In this document: positions 53,425 to 63,044 of the stretch, in pieces
How positions within the stretch are numbered: the stretch's first letter is position 1
Layout of the letters: each line of letters opens with the position of its first letter
Source: Balanoglossus misakiensis
Taxonomy: Eukaryota; Animalia; Hemichordata
Direction: 5' to 3'
Assembly: GCA_040954595.2 (NCBI GenBank)
Contig: CM082576.2
Coordinates: forward strand, 19,019,028-19,083,027
Length of the DNA: 64,000 nucleotides
Translations under genes and position numbers: made by a program
Notes under the pieces: generated by a model
Told to the model about the DNA's origin: nothing
Databases searched by the model: none
What the model saw: only the letters and a program-made list of their open reading frames with translations

Positions 53425-55665
53425 TCACAGCATAAGTTTCTTGAGTTTATTTGATATTTTACCAGTGACAGCTGCTTTTTTTATGTCATCCATAATTGGG
53501 TCAACACATATTTCACAGGCAGTCATTGTTTCATTTTTCAAATTGCCACACATACAGTAGCCTGCATTCTCATAATATCGACTGGGAATGTATTTTTCTT
53601 TTTCTTTAAGCTCAAATTGACCTACATTTGCCCTTCTATAGTTGTCAGCTTTTGGACTTTTGTTCCTCAGCCAAAAAAGCATCACATATTCGTGTCGAAA
53701 TATGAGGGCCCACCTATTTTGAGGTGTAGAATTTTCACTGAATTCTAGCAGGCGTAGATGCTTTGCCTCTCTGCCTTCCATTGTGTTTAGGCCTAATCCC
53801 AGACTGAATTGCTTATAGATACTAGTGGTGTGTTTTGGGACTACATAACCAATGTGCCACACAGTATTATTGACATTCAGAAACAGGGAATGTAGATTAA
53901 AGTACCACCGACACTTATGCCTAAGTACAAGCAAATCTCCCTCATTTATGTTGAATCGTGAGAATAACAAAGTGATATCTCTAAGCAAGATACCAGTATA
54001 TGTGTAGAGAGCTAATTGAGCCCGACGCTTTGGACTGTCTGTATCGCTTCTCAATGCTAATACCAATCCCATGAAATGCCAAGCAAGTTTGCGAGACTCC
54101 TCACCAGTGAAGCGATAAACCACATTAATGTTGGCATTTGACTTGACACTATTTTCATTGAAGTATTTTACAATCTTATTATACAACTTTCCAGCTTTTA
54201 CTTGATATTTTAGGGCAGACAGGAATTTGTACAGATATGACTCGTTAGGTAGATTCTCAATTTTAACTCCATTTTCACGACCCTTTTCCGAAGTGTGGGC
54301 AACTGCGTCAATCAGTAATCGTTGGAAGTAGTATTGCCATGCATTGTTCTTTAAATGCAATGGCTCAGCCTTGGCACAATCAATAAATCTACCCAACGGT
54401 GGTACAAATTCCTGTCTTGACCTCAGACTGGCTATAAATTGTGTGATTTTGGGTCGCACTGTTTTGGGCTTTCCAGTTTTAATTTTCTTAGTTGACTTCA
54501 ACTTTTCAACAGCTTCTGCATCTTTAATTCTTTTCTGATATTTCCATTCATCCCACTTCTGACCTGGGCCAATTTCTGCTCCAATACAATCAATATCATT
54601 TTTGGAAACGTTAGCAAATGAGCTGAAATACTTTGCTGCATTGCTTAGTTCTCCAGACACACTGGCCAATCCCTTCTGATCAAAGGGTAAAAGTGACACC
54701 TGAAAAGTTACATCAAGACTGCCAACTTTATATTTACGTTTCTCAATACACTCAAGGTCTTTTGACAATGCAATTGCAAATTCAATCATTATGGGGTCAT
54801 CCTCTTTTATGTTTGCCCCTAATAGGAGAAAATTGTGGTCTGGGCTAGCAACACGGTGGGTCACATTCAAGAAACTAACTAGCCATGCAGTGGCCTGTCC
54901 ATGTTTGCCAAACGGAGCCCCGTCAGCACCTATACTGATTTGAAATGAGCCCTCCTGTTTACCGAACCAGTTAAGAATATCAGGCTGTGTTTCCCCCACA
55001 TTTAAATATAAACTGGCAATCTTAATAAGCAACTCCTCAGGGTTTCTTTTTAAGCCGACTTGTTTGCCTTCAGATGATATAATTGGCTCAAGATTTCCAA
55101 TGTCAAGGTTACTTACATACTGTACAACTTTTGTGTATGGGAGCAGTCTTGGTATTCTACAGCCAGAATGAATTTCTAATGCTTTCCTAGGATGTTTCAA
55201 GTTGGAGAACATCTGAAGTTCACTCTGCCTCAGACAGTTATATTTTCGTTTGGATAGTACTCCGCCCTCATACATAGTTCTGACACTCCTCACCAAATTG
55301 TTCTCACTTTTCTCAAATTTACTGATGTATTTATCAAATACTGATGGCATTACTTTTTTACTGATTTGGGGAGAGGTTCTGAAGTATGTTTTCATTTGGT
55401 CAGGAGTGGCAGAATTAACAAGAGTATACCACAAACCATCAAGTGCTGCTTTTGGTGGATGTAGTACATTCGGTTTATTTATACCTTTGGCTGGGCTTAC
55501 ATCTGTAGTTGCTACATGAATATTTATGGCTGCTGATAAGGTTTCACACCTACGTTCATACTGTTGACGTCGCGACAGCTTCAAAGATTCACTATTATCT
55601 GCACATACTTCAGTATTCTTGTGGACCCATTTAGAGCGTTTCACATTAACATCATCAACAGGAAT
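53425..55665 (-). CDS. Main exon (746 codons) of the DDE transposase, RAG1-core-like
   Basis: Acceptor tttcag|ATT, phase 0. Motifs GADGAP (D241), FDQK (D322), EPLH, RFTGEESRKL, MEGREAKH (E626), numbered on the 739-aa ORF, parallel RAG1 CDG, YDEK, DALH, RMNGNFARKL, SEGNESGN; C-terminal CxC..CxxC. Confidence 0.85.
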   Translation of the reverse strand: MPVDDVNVKRSKWVHKNTEVCADNSESLKLSRRQQYERRCETLSAAINIHVATTDVSPAKGINKPNVLHPPKAALDGLWYTLVNSATPDQMKTYFRTSPQISKKVMPSVFDKYISKFEKSENNLVRSVRTMYEGGVLSKRKYNCLRQSELQMFSNLKHPRKALEIHSGCRIPRLLPYTKVVQYVSNLDIGNLEPIISSEGKQVGLKRNPEELLIKIASLYLNVGETQPDILNWFGKQEGSFQISIGADGAPFGKHGQATAWLVSFLNVTHRVASPDHNFLLLGANIKEDDPIMIEFAIALSKDLECIEKRKYKVGSLDVTFQVSLLPFDQKGLASVSGELSNAAKYFSSFANVSKNDIDCIGAEIGPGQKWDEWKYQKRIKDAEAVEKLKSTKKIKTGKPKTVRPKITQFIASLRSRQEFVPPLGRFIDCAKAEPLHLKNNAWQYYFQRLLIDAVAHTSEKGRENGVKIENLPNESYLYKFLSALKYQVKAGKLYNKIVKYFNENSVKSNANINVVYRFTGEESRKLAWHFMGLVLALRSDTDSPKRRAQLALYTYTGILLRDITLLFSRFNINEGDLLVLRHKCRWYFNLHSLFLNVNNTVWHIGYVVPKHTTSIYKQFSLGLGLNTMEGREAKHLRLLEFSENSTPQNRWALIFRHEYVMLFWLRNKSPKADNYRRANVGQFELKEKEKYIPSRYYENAGYCMCGNLKNETMTACEICVDPIMDDIKKAAVTGKISNKLKKLML

Positions 55666-56018
55666 CTGAAAGATTAAGTGTGTGATAAATATATACTAAT
55701 TAGAATATAATCATTATATATAAAATAAAATCTTCTTACAAGTTAATCATTAATTTAAATGTCCTTGATAAGAAATACACACGTGTAGCCTGTATTTTTC
55801 TGACAACTTCTGCAATAAAAATCCTAAAAAATATATATAGTTTGTTGGAAAACCTAGATGTTTTGCATCAAAGCTGAACCCATTTTGTTATCATTGTTTA
55901 CACAGGATCATGTGACATGAAGTTCAAAAAGCGAATTTGGGCTAAAATTTGAAGAGGATTTATACAAATCTGAGATTTTTAAAATTATGACTAAGTCTAT
56001 TTATCTGATCTAGCTTAC

Positions 56019-56462
56019 CTTTCTCTTATTATTCTTTGTAGCTAAGATCTCACAAATCTTACTGTTCTTCTTCTCTAGTCTAGCTAGCTGGGTTGAGGAT
56101 CTTTTTACTAGTCTCCTAGCTGCACTCAACTTATTCAACTTATCCTGAATTATGCTTTCTTCCTCATCTCTCTTTCTCTTTCTCTGTCTACACCACTCTC
56201 CTAAGTTAAACCTGTGTTTAGTCTGTCCTCTCTTTGTTCTAACTACCAATAGGTTGTTGGCCACGCTCCCAGACAAAGATCTAGTCTTCAATTTCTCCTG
56301 ATATAGTTGTTGCAAACACTTCTCTTCAGCTACCTGTCTCGCTATCTTTTGGTCCTTTGCCCACTGGCCTATGTTGAAGTAACTTTTCCCTTTTCTATTC
56401 GGCATAACAATAGACAAACTTTTAAGAAGTGCGCTACTCCTGTTGAATAGTTTGCCCCACAT
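56019..56462 (-). CDS. Upstream coding exon of the transposase (basic, helical N-terminus); start ATG at 56462 or 56405
   Basis: Acceptor ccttttcag| at 56479/56478; donor AAG|gtaagc at 56019/56018 is phase 0 and joins 55665 in frame; a likely further 5' exon ends at 56615 (|gtaagg). Confidence 0.75.
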
Positions 56463-57313
56463 GGCTCTAAATCTATACCTGAAAAGGGTGAACAAGAGAA
56501 ATATCTTTACAATAATTATCTATCCGAGGGAAGCAAAAACAAAACACCTGCTCATTATACTTCCTCCAGAAATTGAGGTCAAAGGTGACATAGAAAGAAT
56601 GTGGGTAACCTTACCATAACAATCTCGCCCGTTCATTTTTTTCTTATTTCGTTTTCACCCTCGAATTTCCAGCGAATTATATCAAGAATATATTTTAGCA
56701 CAAACTATTGGTTTCTGATTTTTCAGTTACGGTCTTATTTTCTGTCAATTCTATGAACAATATCACCATGTCGCTGAAAATTCGAAGCGCCGCCATTACA
56801 ATCAATGTAACCCGTGCTGCTGCCAAGGAACACACAGGGTCGTATATTTTCGCTTGGTATGATTTCGTCATATTGCTTGTAGCAGCATTTTAAACATGGA
56901 ATCCTATGTTTACGTATAAAAGACTAAATTCGTATGGTTTTCAAATTGAAAAAAAAACAATTCTGTGAAGCTGAATCGTTGTAATTTTTAGTGTTTGTTT
57001 ATGGTTGCTTAGGACGGCTTCTGCTATAGCAACGGCCAGGGACTGTCAGCGGGTGATCAAAATGTTCAAGTTATTTGGCTGATACACATAAATAACACAG
57101 CAGAATCGCAACTTTATTTCATATTGTCTCTGACATCTTGCTAATTTTACTAAACAAAACTTGGAATAAAGCAATATTACTCACCGAATTATGCTGTGCA
57201 TCGACAGCTGTGTTCGATCGCGAACGCCATTACTGTGTCTAATTAAATATTCATGAGCTTCATAGGCTGCCACGGAAATACTGCCCATAGGTGGCGTCGT
57301 TCAAGCTGTAGTG

Positions 57314-59325
57314 ACAGGTGGTGGTTCCCAGAGTGTATCGTAACCAGGTGATGAGACTAGCCCATGAATCAGTGCTGGGTGGTCACCACGGAACTCACAA
57401 GACCACAGACAAGATCCTCAGCAACTTCGTTTGGCCTGGGCTAACATCAGATGTTTCCCGTTACTGTCAGTCCTGTGATTCATGTCAACGGACACAACCA
57501 AAGGGACGGGTGACCAAGGTACCACTTGGAAGTATGCCACTAATAGATATCCCTTTCCTACGTATTGCAGTAGACCTGGTTGGCCCTATTCATCCATGCA
57601 CTGAACGCAAGAATAGGTACATACTTACTGTTGTTGATTATGCAACACGCTATCCGGAGGCTGTTGCATTGACTAACATTGATACCAAGACTGTTGCAGA
57701 GGCGCTCCTGGACATCTACTCAAGAGTGGGGTGTCCACGTGAAATTCTGACAGATCAAGGAACTCAATTTACATCAGATGTGATGCGTGAGGTCAGCCGG
57801 CTTTTGTCTATAAAGCAGAAGACTACCACCCCATACCACCCAGCATTCAATGGTCTAGTGGAACGGTTCAATGGTACATTGAAACTCATGCTCAGGAAGA
57901 TGTGTGAGGAACGTCCAACATATTGGGATCGTTATCTGAATGCTTTACTATTTGCCTACAGAGAAACGCCTCAATCGAGCACAGGATTCTCTCCGTTTGA
58001 GTTACTTTATGGGAGGAGTGTGCGTGGTCCAATGGCTATCTTGAAAGAACTATGGACTGGAGAGATCAGTGAACCAGAAACCAAAACGACTTATCAATAC
58101 ATCCTTGATCTTCAAAAGAAATTAAAGAAGGCATGCGATTTAGCAAGACAAGAACTGAAGATATCACAAGGCAAATACAAGTCCTACTACAATAGAAAGG
58201 CCAAATGGAGGAAGTACAACAAAGGTGACGAGGTGTTATTGCTACTACCTACTGACCATAATAAACTACTTATGCACTGGAAGGGTCCTTTTCCAGTGGT
58301 GGAGAAAGCGAGCAATATGGATTACAAGATTGACTTTGGTCATAGGGTGAAAACATTCCATGCCAACCTGTTGAAGAGGTACTATCGAAGAACTGATCAG
58401 CTAGATGAAGTATCAGCTGGACTTCTTGAGATTGTGTGTGTATCTGTGATAGATGAGCAGAGTTATGAATCTTCAGAAGTACAAGAGAACACAGGGGTTA
58501 AAGTAAACGATGACTTACTGCGGGTTCCTGCATTCAAGCAGAAAGAATTTGCTGCAGATGTGAATGTATGTGACAACTTGTCAGACATACAGGAGCAAGT
58601 GGTGAGGAGGTTGCTGATCAATTACAAAGATATGTTAACTGATATTCGTGGTAACACCAACCTGGGTTTCCATGACATCAAGTTGATGGATCCAACACCA
58701 GTATGCAGTAGGCCATACCCCATCCCTCATGCACTCCGTGAAGCAGTGAAAGATGAAGTCAAAACGATGATTAAGATGGGAGTAGCTGAACCTTCAGAGA
58801 GTCCATATGCTGTTCCACTGGTAATGGTGAAGAAATCTGATGGGTCCAATCGTTGTTGTGTTGACATGAGAAAGCTCAATCGCATAACAGTGTTTGATGC
58901 AGAGCCTACACCAGACCTGAGTGAGCTTTTTGCTTTTTGCTAAGTTATCCAAGGATCACTATTTCACTAAAGTAGATCTCAGCAAAGAATATTGGCAAGT
59001 CCCGTTGACTGATAATTCTAAACAATTGACGGCATTTATCACGCATGATGGGCTATACCAATTTATCAAAATGCCTTTCGGACTTGTAAATAGTGCTGCG
59101 ACTTTTAGCAGAATTATGAGAAGATTGTTAAGAGATATGAAGAACGTAGACAACTATATCGATCACATACTGATCCACACTGCATCATGGGAAGAACATA
59201 TCAAGACAATTACAGATTTGATGAGCAGACTACGAAAGGCAAAGTTAACAGCGAGACCAACTAAGTGTTATGTGGGTTATGAGCAGATCGATTTCCTGGG
59301 TCATGTGGTTGGTCATGGTGAACTA
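57314..59325 (+). pseudogene. pol: Pol: integrase followed by reverse transcriptase (frameshifted, truncated)
   Basis: HHCC zinc finger (LAHE..GHHG..CDSC), VDLVGP, TDQGTQF, LVERFN, WKGPF; RT motifs VDMRKLN, VDLSKEYWQV, MPFGL, YIDH (mutated YIDD), FLGH; frameshift near 58930. Confidence 0.93.
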
Positions 59326-59690
59326 GTCCTGTTTCAAAATGACCTACATTACAGGTCCTATGCACACGTATTACATGTTCTGATTGGTTTATCCACTTCT
59401 CTAAGGTCCACTTGCGGCTCGCTGATTGGAGGGACCTTATGTGTTAGGTCTTATTACTATGTATTATTCACCAGACCTTGTAGGTTAGGTCTTATTACAA
59501 TGCATTATTCACTTTACAGCTCCCTGATTGGTTAATGTGTAGGTCTGGTCCTCCAGTGTTCACTGCCTCATTATGCAGGACCTTGTAGGTTAGGTCTTAT
59601 TAATATGTATTTATTCACCATACAGCTCCCTGATTGGTTAACGTGTCAGTCTGGTCCCCCCCAGTGTTCACTGCCTCATTGTGAAATGTC
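59324..59690 (+). repeat. Unrelated sequence with ~105-bp tandem repeats that truncates RT
   Basis: gaccttgtaggttaggtcttatta..acagctccctgattggttaa..ccagtgttcactgcctcatt occurs twice, with partial copies upstream. Confidence 0.7.
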
Positions 59691-60667
59691 CCATGTGCTT
59701 CCTGGCTAGCGTTGTGGTAACATATTATTCGGGGTGTACGCAGATCGTTCATTGATTTTCTGAGAAATAGCCTAACTGATACTATCTCCAACATAAACCG
59801 CACCCTGGAAAGATTAAATGATCTTTTAGGTGGACTTTGAAAATCTGATTAACTCATCTAAGCATTTTAGCTAAGTTGTATATTTTTTAATTATAATCAT
59901 ACAAAATACTTAAAAAATAAAAACAATGTTCAGTTTTAATACCCACTGATGAGGGGAAACATCAGTTTCAAATTCTTTTCATGGGAGCGCTTGAGCAGAG
60001 TTATGAGTTTTGCTCTGTGAAAGAAAATGGGGGGATTTCAAAATTTTGGCAGTTCGGAAGGGGGATTTCAAAATATTTCGGGTTGTGAAAGGGGGGGGGG
60101 CATGTGAAAATTAGCGGTAAAAGATGAATCCCCCCCCCCTCCAGAGGAGTTTGTGAATGCAGCCTAAGAAAGAAAAAATGTGAAATGGGTCAAATATGGG
60201 CCGGACGTGCCCATTCAACTCAATTTACTTTTGTTTGCTTTAAGTAGGAATTGATCACAGCTATATTTATTTTGGACACCTGAGCGACAAGAAAACAATC
60301 TGATTCTACATTTTAAAAAGCGTCATTGGAAAAGCACTGCAATTTTGTTTCTTGCTTTAAAAAAGTTTGGGGTGGCATGTAATAATTAAGGTGTGTCTAA
60401 ATTACTAATTTGGTGCACCTCAAAGCCCTTAGCCAATGTAAATTATATCCTGCATTGTATTCATGAAGGATATCCTCCCGCGAGGTCAATGCCATTCAAT
60501 GTCAAACAGTCTCAACAAAGACCATTGGACACTCATAGCCGTTTTGTATGAAAGTGACTGGAGTACGAGATGAGTTTCATGACAACAACAAATCATGCTC
60601 AGTCTCGCTGCAGGGTCTATAATTTCAATAACGGCTAGACGCTGGACACTATCTTAGGTAACACTTT

Positions 60668-60723
60668 AGGGTCATAGTGCTGGAACGACATGTTTAAACA
60701 GGTCGTTCCGGCACTCTGACCCT
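60668..60723. repeat. 56-bp spacerless palindrome
   Basis: agggtcatagtgctggaacgacatgttt|aaacaggtcgttccggcactctgaccct, 25 of 28 positions pair. Confidence 0.85.
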
Positions 60724-61217
60724 TTCGGCCCCAGTCGTTTCAGCCCCCATTTTCCACGACCCAAGTCGTTACAGCCCGGACAGTAACACCCCAAACATTT
60801 CAACACTTATCAGGGAAGACCTTAGCCCAACTATTAAAACTTGGCTTGAACCTACTTAAGTTCTCCGCATGAAATATGAGCGAGCGTTGTCAGAGGACGA
60901 CAGCTACGCACACTTTGGGCGTGACCGAATCAAACAGAATTGAATATTCTATATTCGGAAAAAACACCTTATCTCCGTTTTGCCGTTGACAAACCGATTT
61001 CTGTCATGACAGTTACTCCCGGGGACTGTGACAGACCATATACAGACAGTAGAGGCCGCGCGCTGGGGGTCTACACAAGTCACTACAGCTGATGTAAGCA
61101 AGTGCAACATGCTTTGCTTGCAGGAATGTTCCATTTTCAATAGAGGGGTGTGTATATTCAGAGGGAATGTCAGTCGGGGCCCTGGCTGGCAACATGCGGC
61201 GTATATATTGACAATCT

Positions 61218-62145
61218 TAGCCGGGAGACCAGGGCGTCGATCTAAAATACAACGCTCGGGGACAGTCGAGCAAGTCCTGCTGAGCTGAAAGATAGTAGTC
61301 TTGGCAACGATCGAGGTCGCTTAGTAACAAATGGATAACGAGTGATCTATCAAATGTTGACGGGCGCCAGTGGTTGGATGATATAATTAAAGGCACGTAA
61401 GCTGTAACTGGATAAAAAATTAAAGTTTTAAATAATCTCATATATGCTTTTAATTATGTCTATTAAATGCTATTTCATGATAATATATCAAGCTCAACAC
61501 TTATTTATGACAAAATGGCCAAAAATTAAAGAAAAACGAAAATTCCTGCAATTTTAAAAAAAGCGCTATATTGCAATGAAAAATGAAAATCTGATGTCTC
61601 AGTGGTGTACATTTACTTCCATGAGCTCAAGTGGATGAGATCATGTTTTGTTTATGAAGTTTCACAACCGGAAATGCAACATTTTCATTGTTTCTTGCAT
61701 TTTCCCACGGTGGCGGCCATAATCGCTTGCGGCAAAGCTTTATTATTTATCTGGTTAAAACTTGCATATGCACTCATACTTAGGGTTTATAATGCTTGTG
61801 TATTGTTCACTACCTTCATCTGTATGGACTAATGGTAGTGCAGTTTGAAACAAAAATTATGAAAATTATCCCAAAAGTTACACCTTACGTGCCTTTAACA
61901 AAGCTTGGTTATGAATATTCATACACCTTCAAAACCACTCCCACATCCCATCGCGGGAATTTCACACATGACTCCACCTCTATTTCCTTATTTAGATGGC
62001 GACGATGTCATGTGGTTAACATTGAGTGACCAATTAGCTTACACGCAAGATTTACCACACGTGTCGTTCTACGAACAGAATTCTGTTCGTAAATAGAGAC
62101 TGTCCCCGGGCGTTTCTTTTCCCCGACGCCCTGGTCTCCAGGCTA
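61218..62145. mobile_element. Non-autonomous TIR element with a 9-bp TSD
   Basis: TSD tgacaatct at 61209-17 and 62146-54; TIRs tagccgggagaccagggcgtcg / cgacgccctggtctccaggcta. Confidence 0.9.
61391..61894. mobile_element. Nested Kolobok-like MITE (TTAA TSD)
   Basis: ttaa|aggcacgtaagctgtaact ... agttacaccttacgtgcct|ttaa. Confidence 0.88.
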
Positions 62146-62457
62146 TGACAATCTCGCTGATAGGCGCAGCTGGAATTTATGTTTCTGTGGTATGATTATT
62201 GTATTTTATCAATGCACAATCACGATGGGCGAGTTTCAAGCAAGCAATTGGATTCGCTTCAATCCCTCACTAAAATCTAGACTGCACCACTGTATAATAA
62301 CACAATACAGTCTTCTAGCCTCATGGTATAAACAGGAACTCTTGTCTGCTGGACATCCGGGTACTTTGGTCTACTGAGTGAACGCGTTACGTATAGAGGT
62401 AGCGCAAAGTGAAAACCTATTTAAGGCAGCCACAACAATCAGTGTTGACGTACATAC

Positions 62458-62560
62458 AATCTGACTAAAATCGCAGTTGGTATGACGACAGCATACTAAT
62501 AATACTGTACCACATAAGTAAAAGACGTCGTCGTACCATACATCTGATTTTATTCAGATT
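62458..62560. repeat. Short hairpin element, copy 1
   Basis: aatctgactaaaatc..ggtatgacgac / gtcgtcgtacc..gattttattcagatt. Confidence 0.7.
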
Positions 62561-62576
62561 ACTGCATATTTGCATA

Positions 62577-62787
62577 TACTGTGAAACAAGTTATTTTCGC
62601 GAGCAATACATTTTCGCGAGATACGTGAGAGCCAAAATGGTATGAAAATAAGAGGTCGCATAATTATTTTTGAAGATAACGATGCAGTGAATGAAATAAG
62701 AGAACGCGAAAATTAATACTCGCGAAACAGTAGCCTCTCTCGATATCGTGAAAATTTCAACTCGCTAAAATAAAGTGTTTTACAGTA
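62577..62787. mobile_element. Small MITE (TACTGT..ACAGTA ends, internal tcgcga/cgcgaa repeats)
   Basis: tactgtgaaacaagttattttcgcgag ... ctcgctaaaataaagtgttttacagta. Confidence 0.75.
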
Positions 62788-62821
62788 GTTTATGTATGTA
62801 AAGTGTTCCTGATGTTAACAC

Positions 62822-62930
62822 AATCTGATTAAAATCAGATGTAGGCCTAGGGAATGGCGACGTAGTTTTTTGATGCTGCGACAGCATAAAAAACACGTCG
62901 CCGTTCCCTACATCTGATTTTAATCAGATT
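62822..62930. repeat. Short hairpin element, copy 2
   Basis: aatctgattaaaatcagatgtagg..gggaatggcgacgt / acgtcgccgttccctacatctgattttaatcagatt. Confidence 0.8.
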
Positions 62931-63044
62931 AGCGTTAACATAACTTTATCAGAATAAGTTAACGCCATAACTTTGACAGAATAAGAGTTGCCTCAAACGG
63001 CTCTAACCGAATTTCCATTAATAGCAGAACAAACAAGCTGTAAT

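Larger units (their letters stand above)
51838..57313 (-). mobile_element. 5,476-bp cut-and-paste DNA transposon with a RAG1/Transib/Chapaev-related transposase and a convergent second gene
   Basis: ACA TSD (51835-37, 57314-16); ends CACTGCGG / CACTACAG (reverse complement); removal restores pol in frame (EKLL-Q-VVVPRVYR). Confidence 0.9.
48424..59325 (+). mobile_element. Gmr1-like Ty3/Gypsy LTR retrotransposon, decayed, interrupted and 3'-truncated
   Basis: LTR-PBS-gag-PR-IN-RT order (integrase before RT is the Gmr1 hallmark); no RNase H or 3' LTR seen. Confidence 0.92.

Noticed and set aside
59326-59535. C-terminal part of the 204-aa RT ORF
   Set aside because: After VGHGEL the frame runs into unrelated repeat DNA; no RT thumb or RNase H motifs follow.
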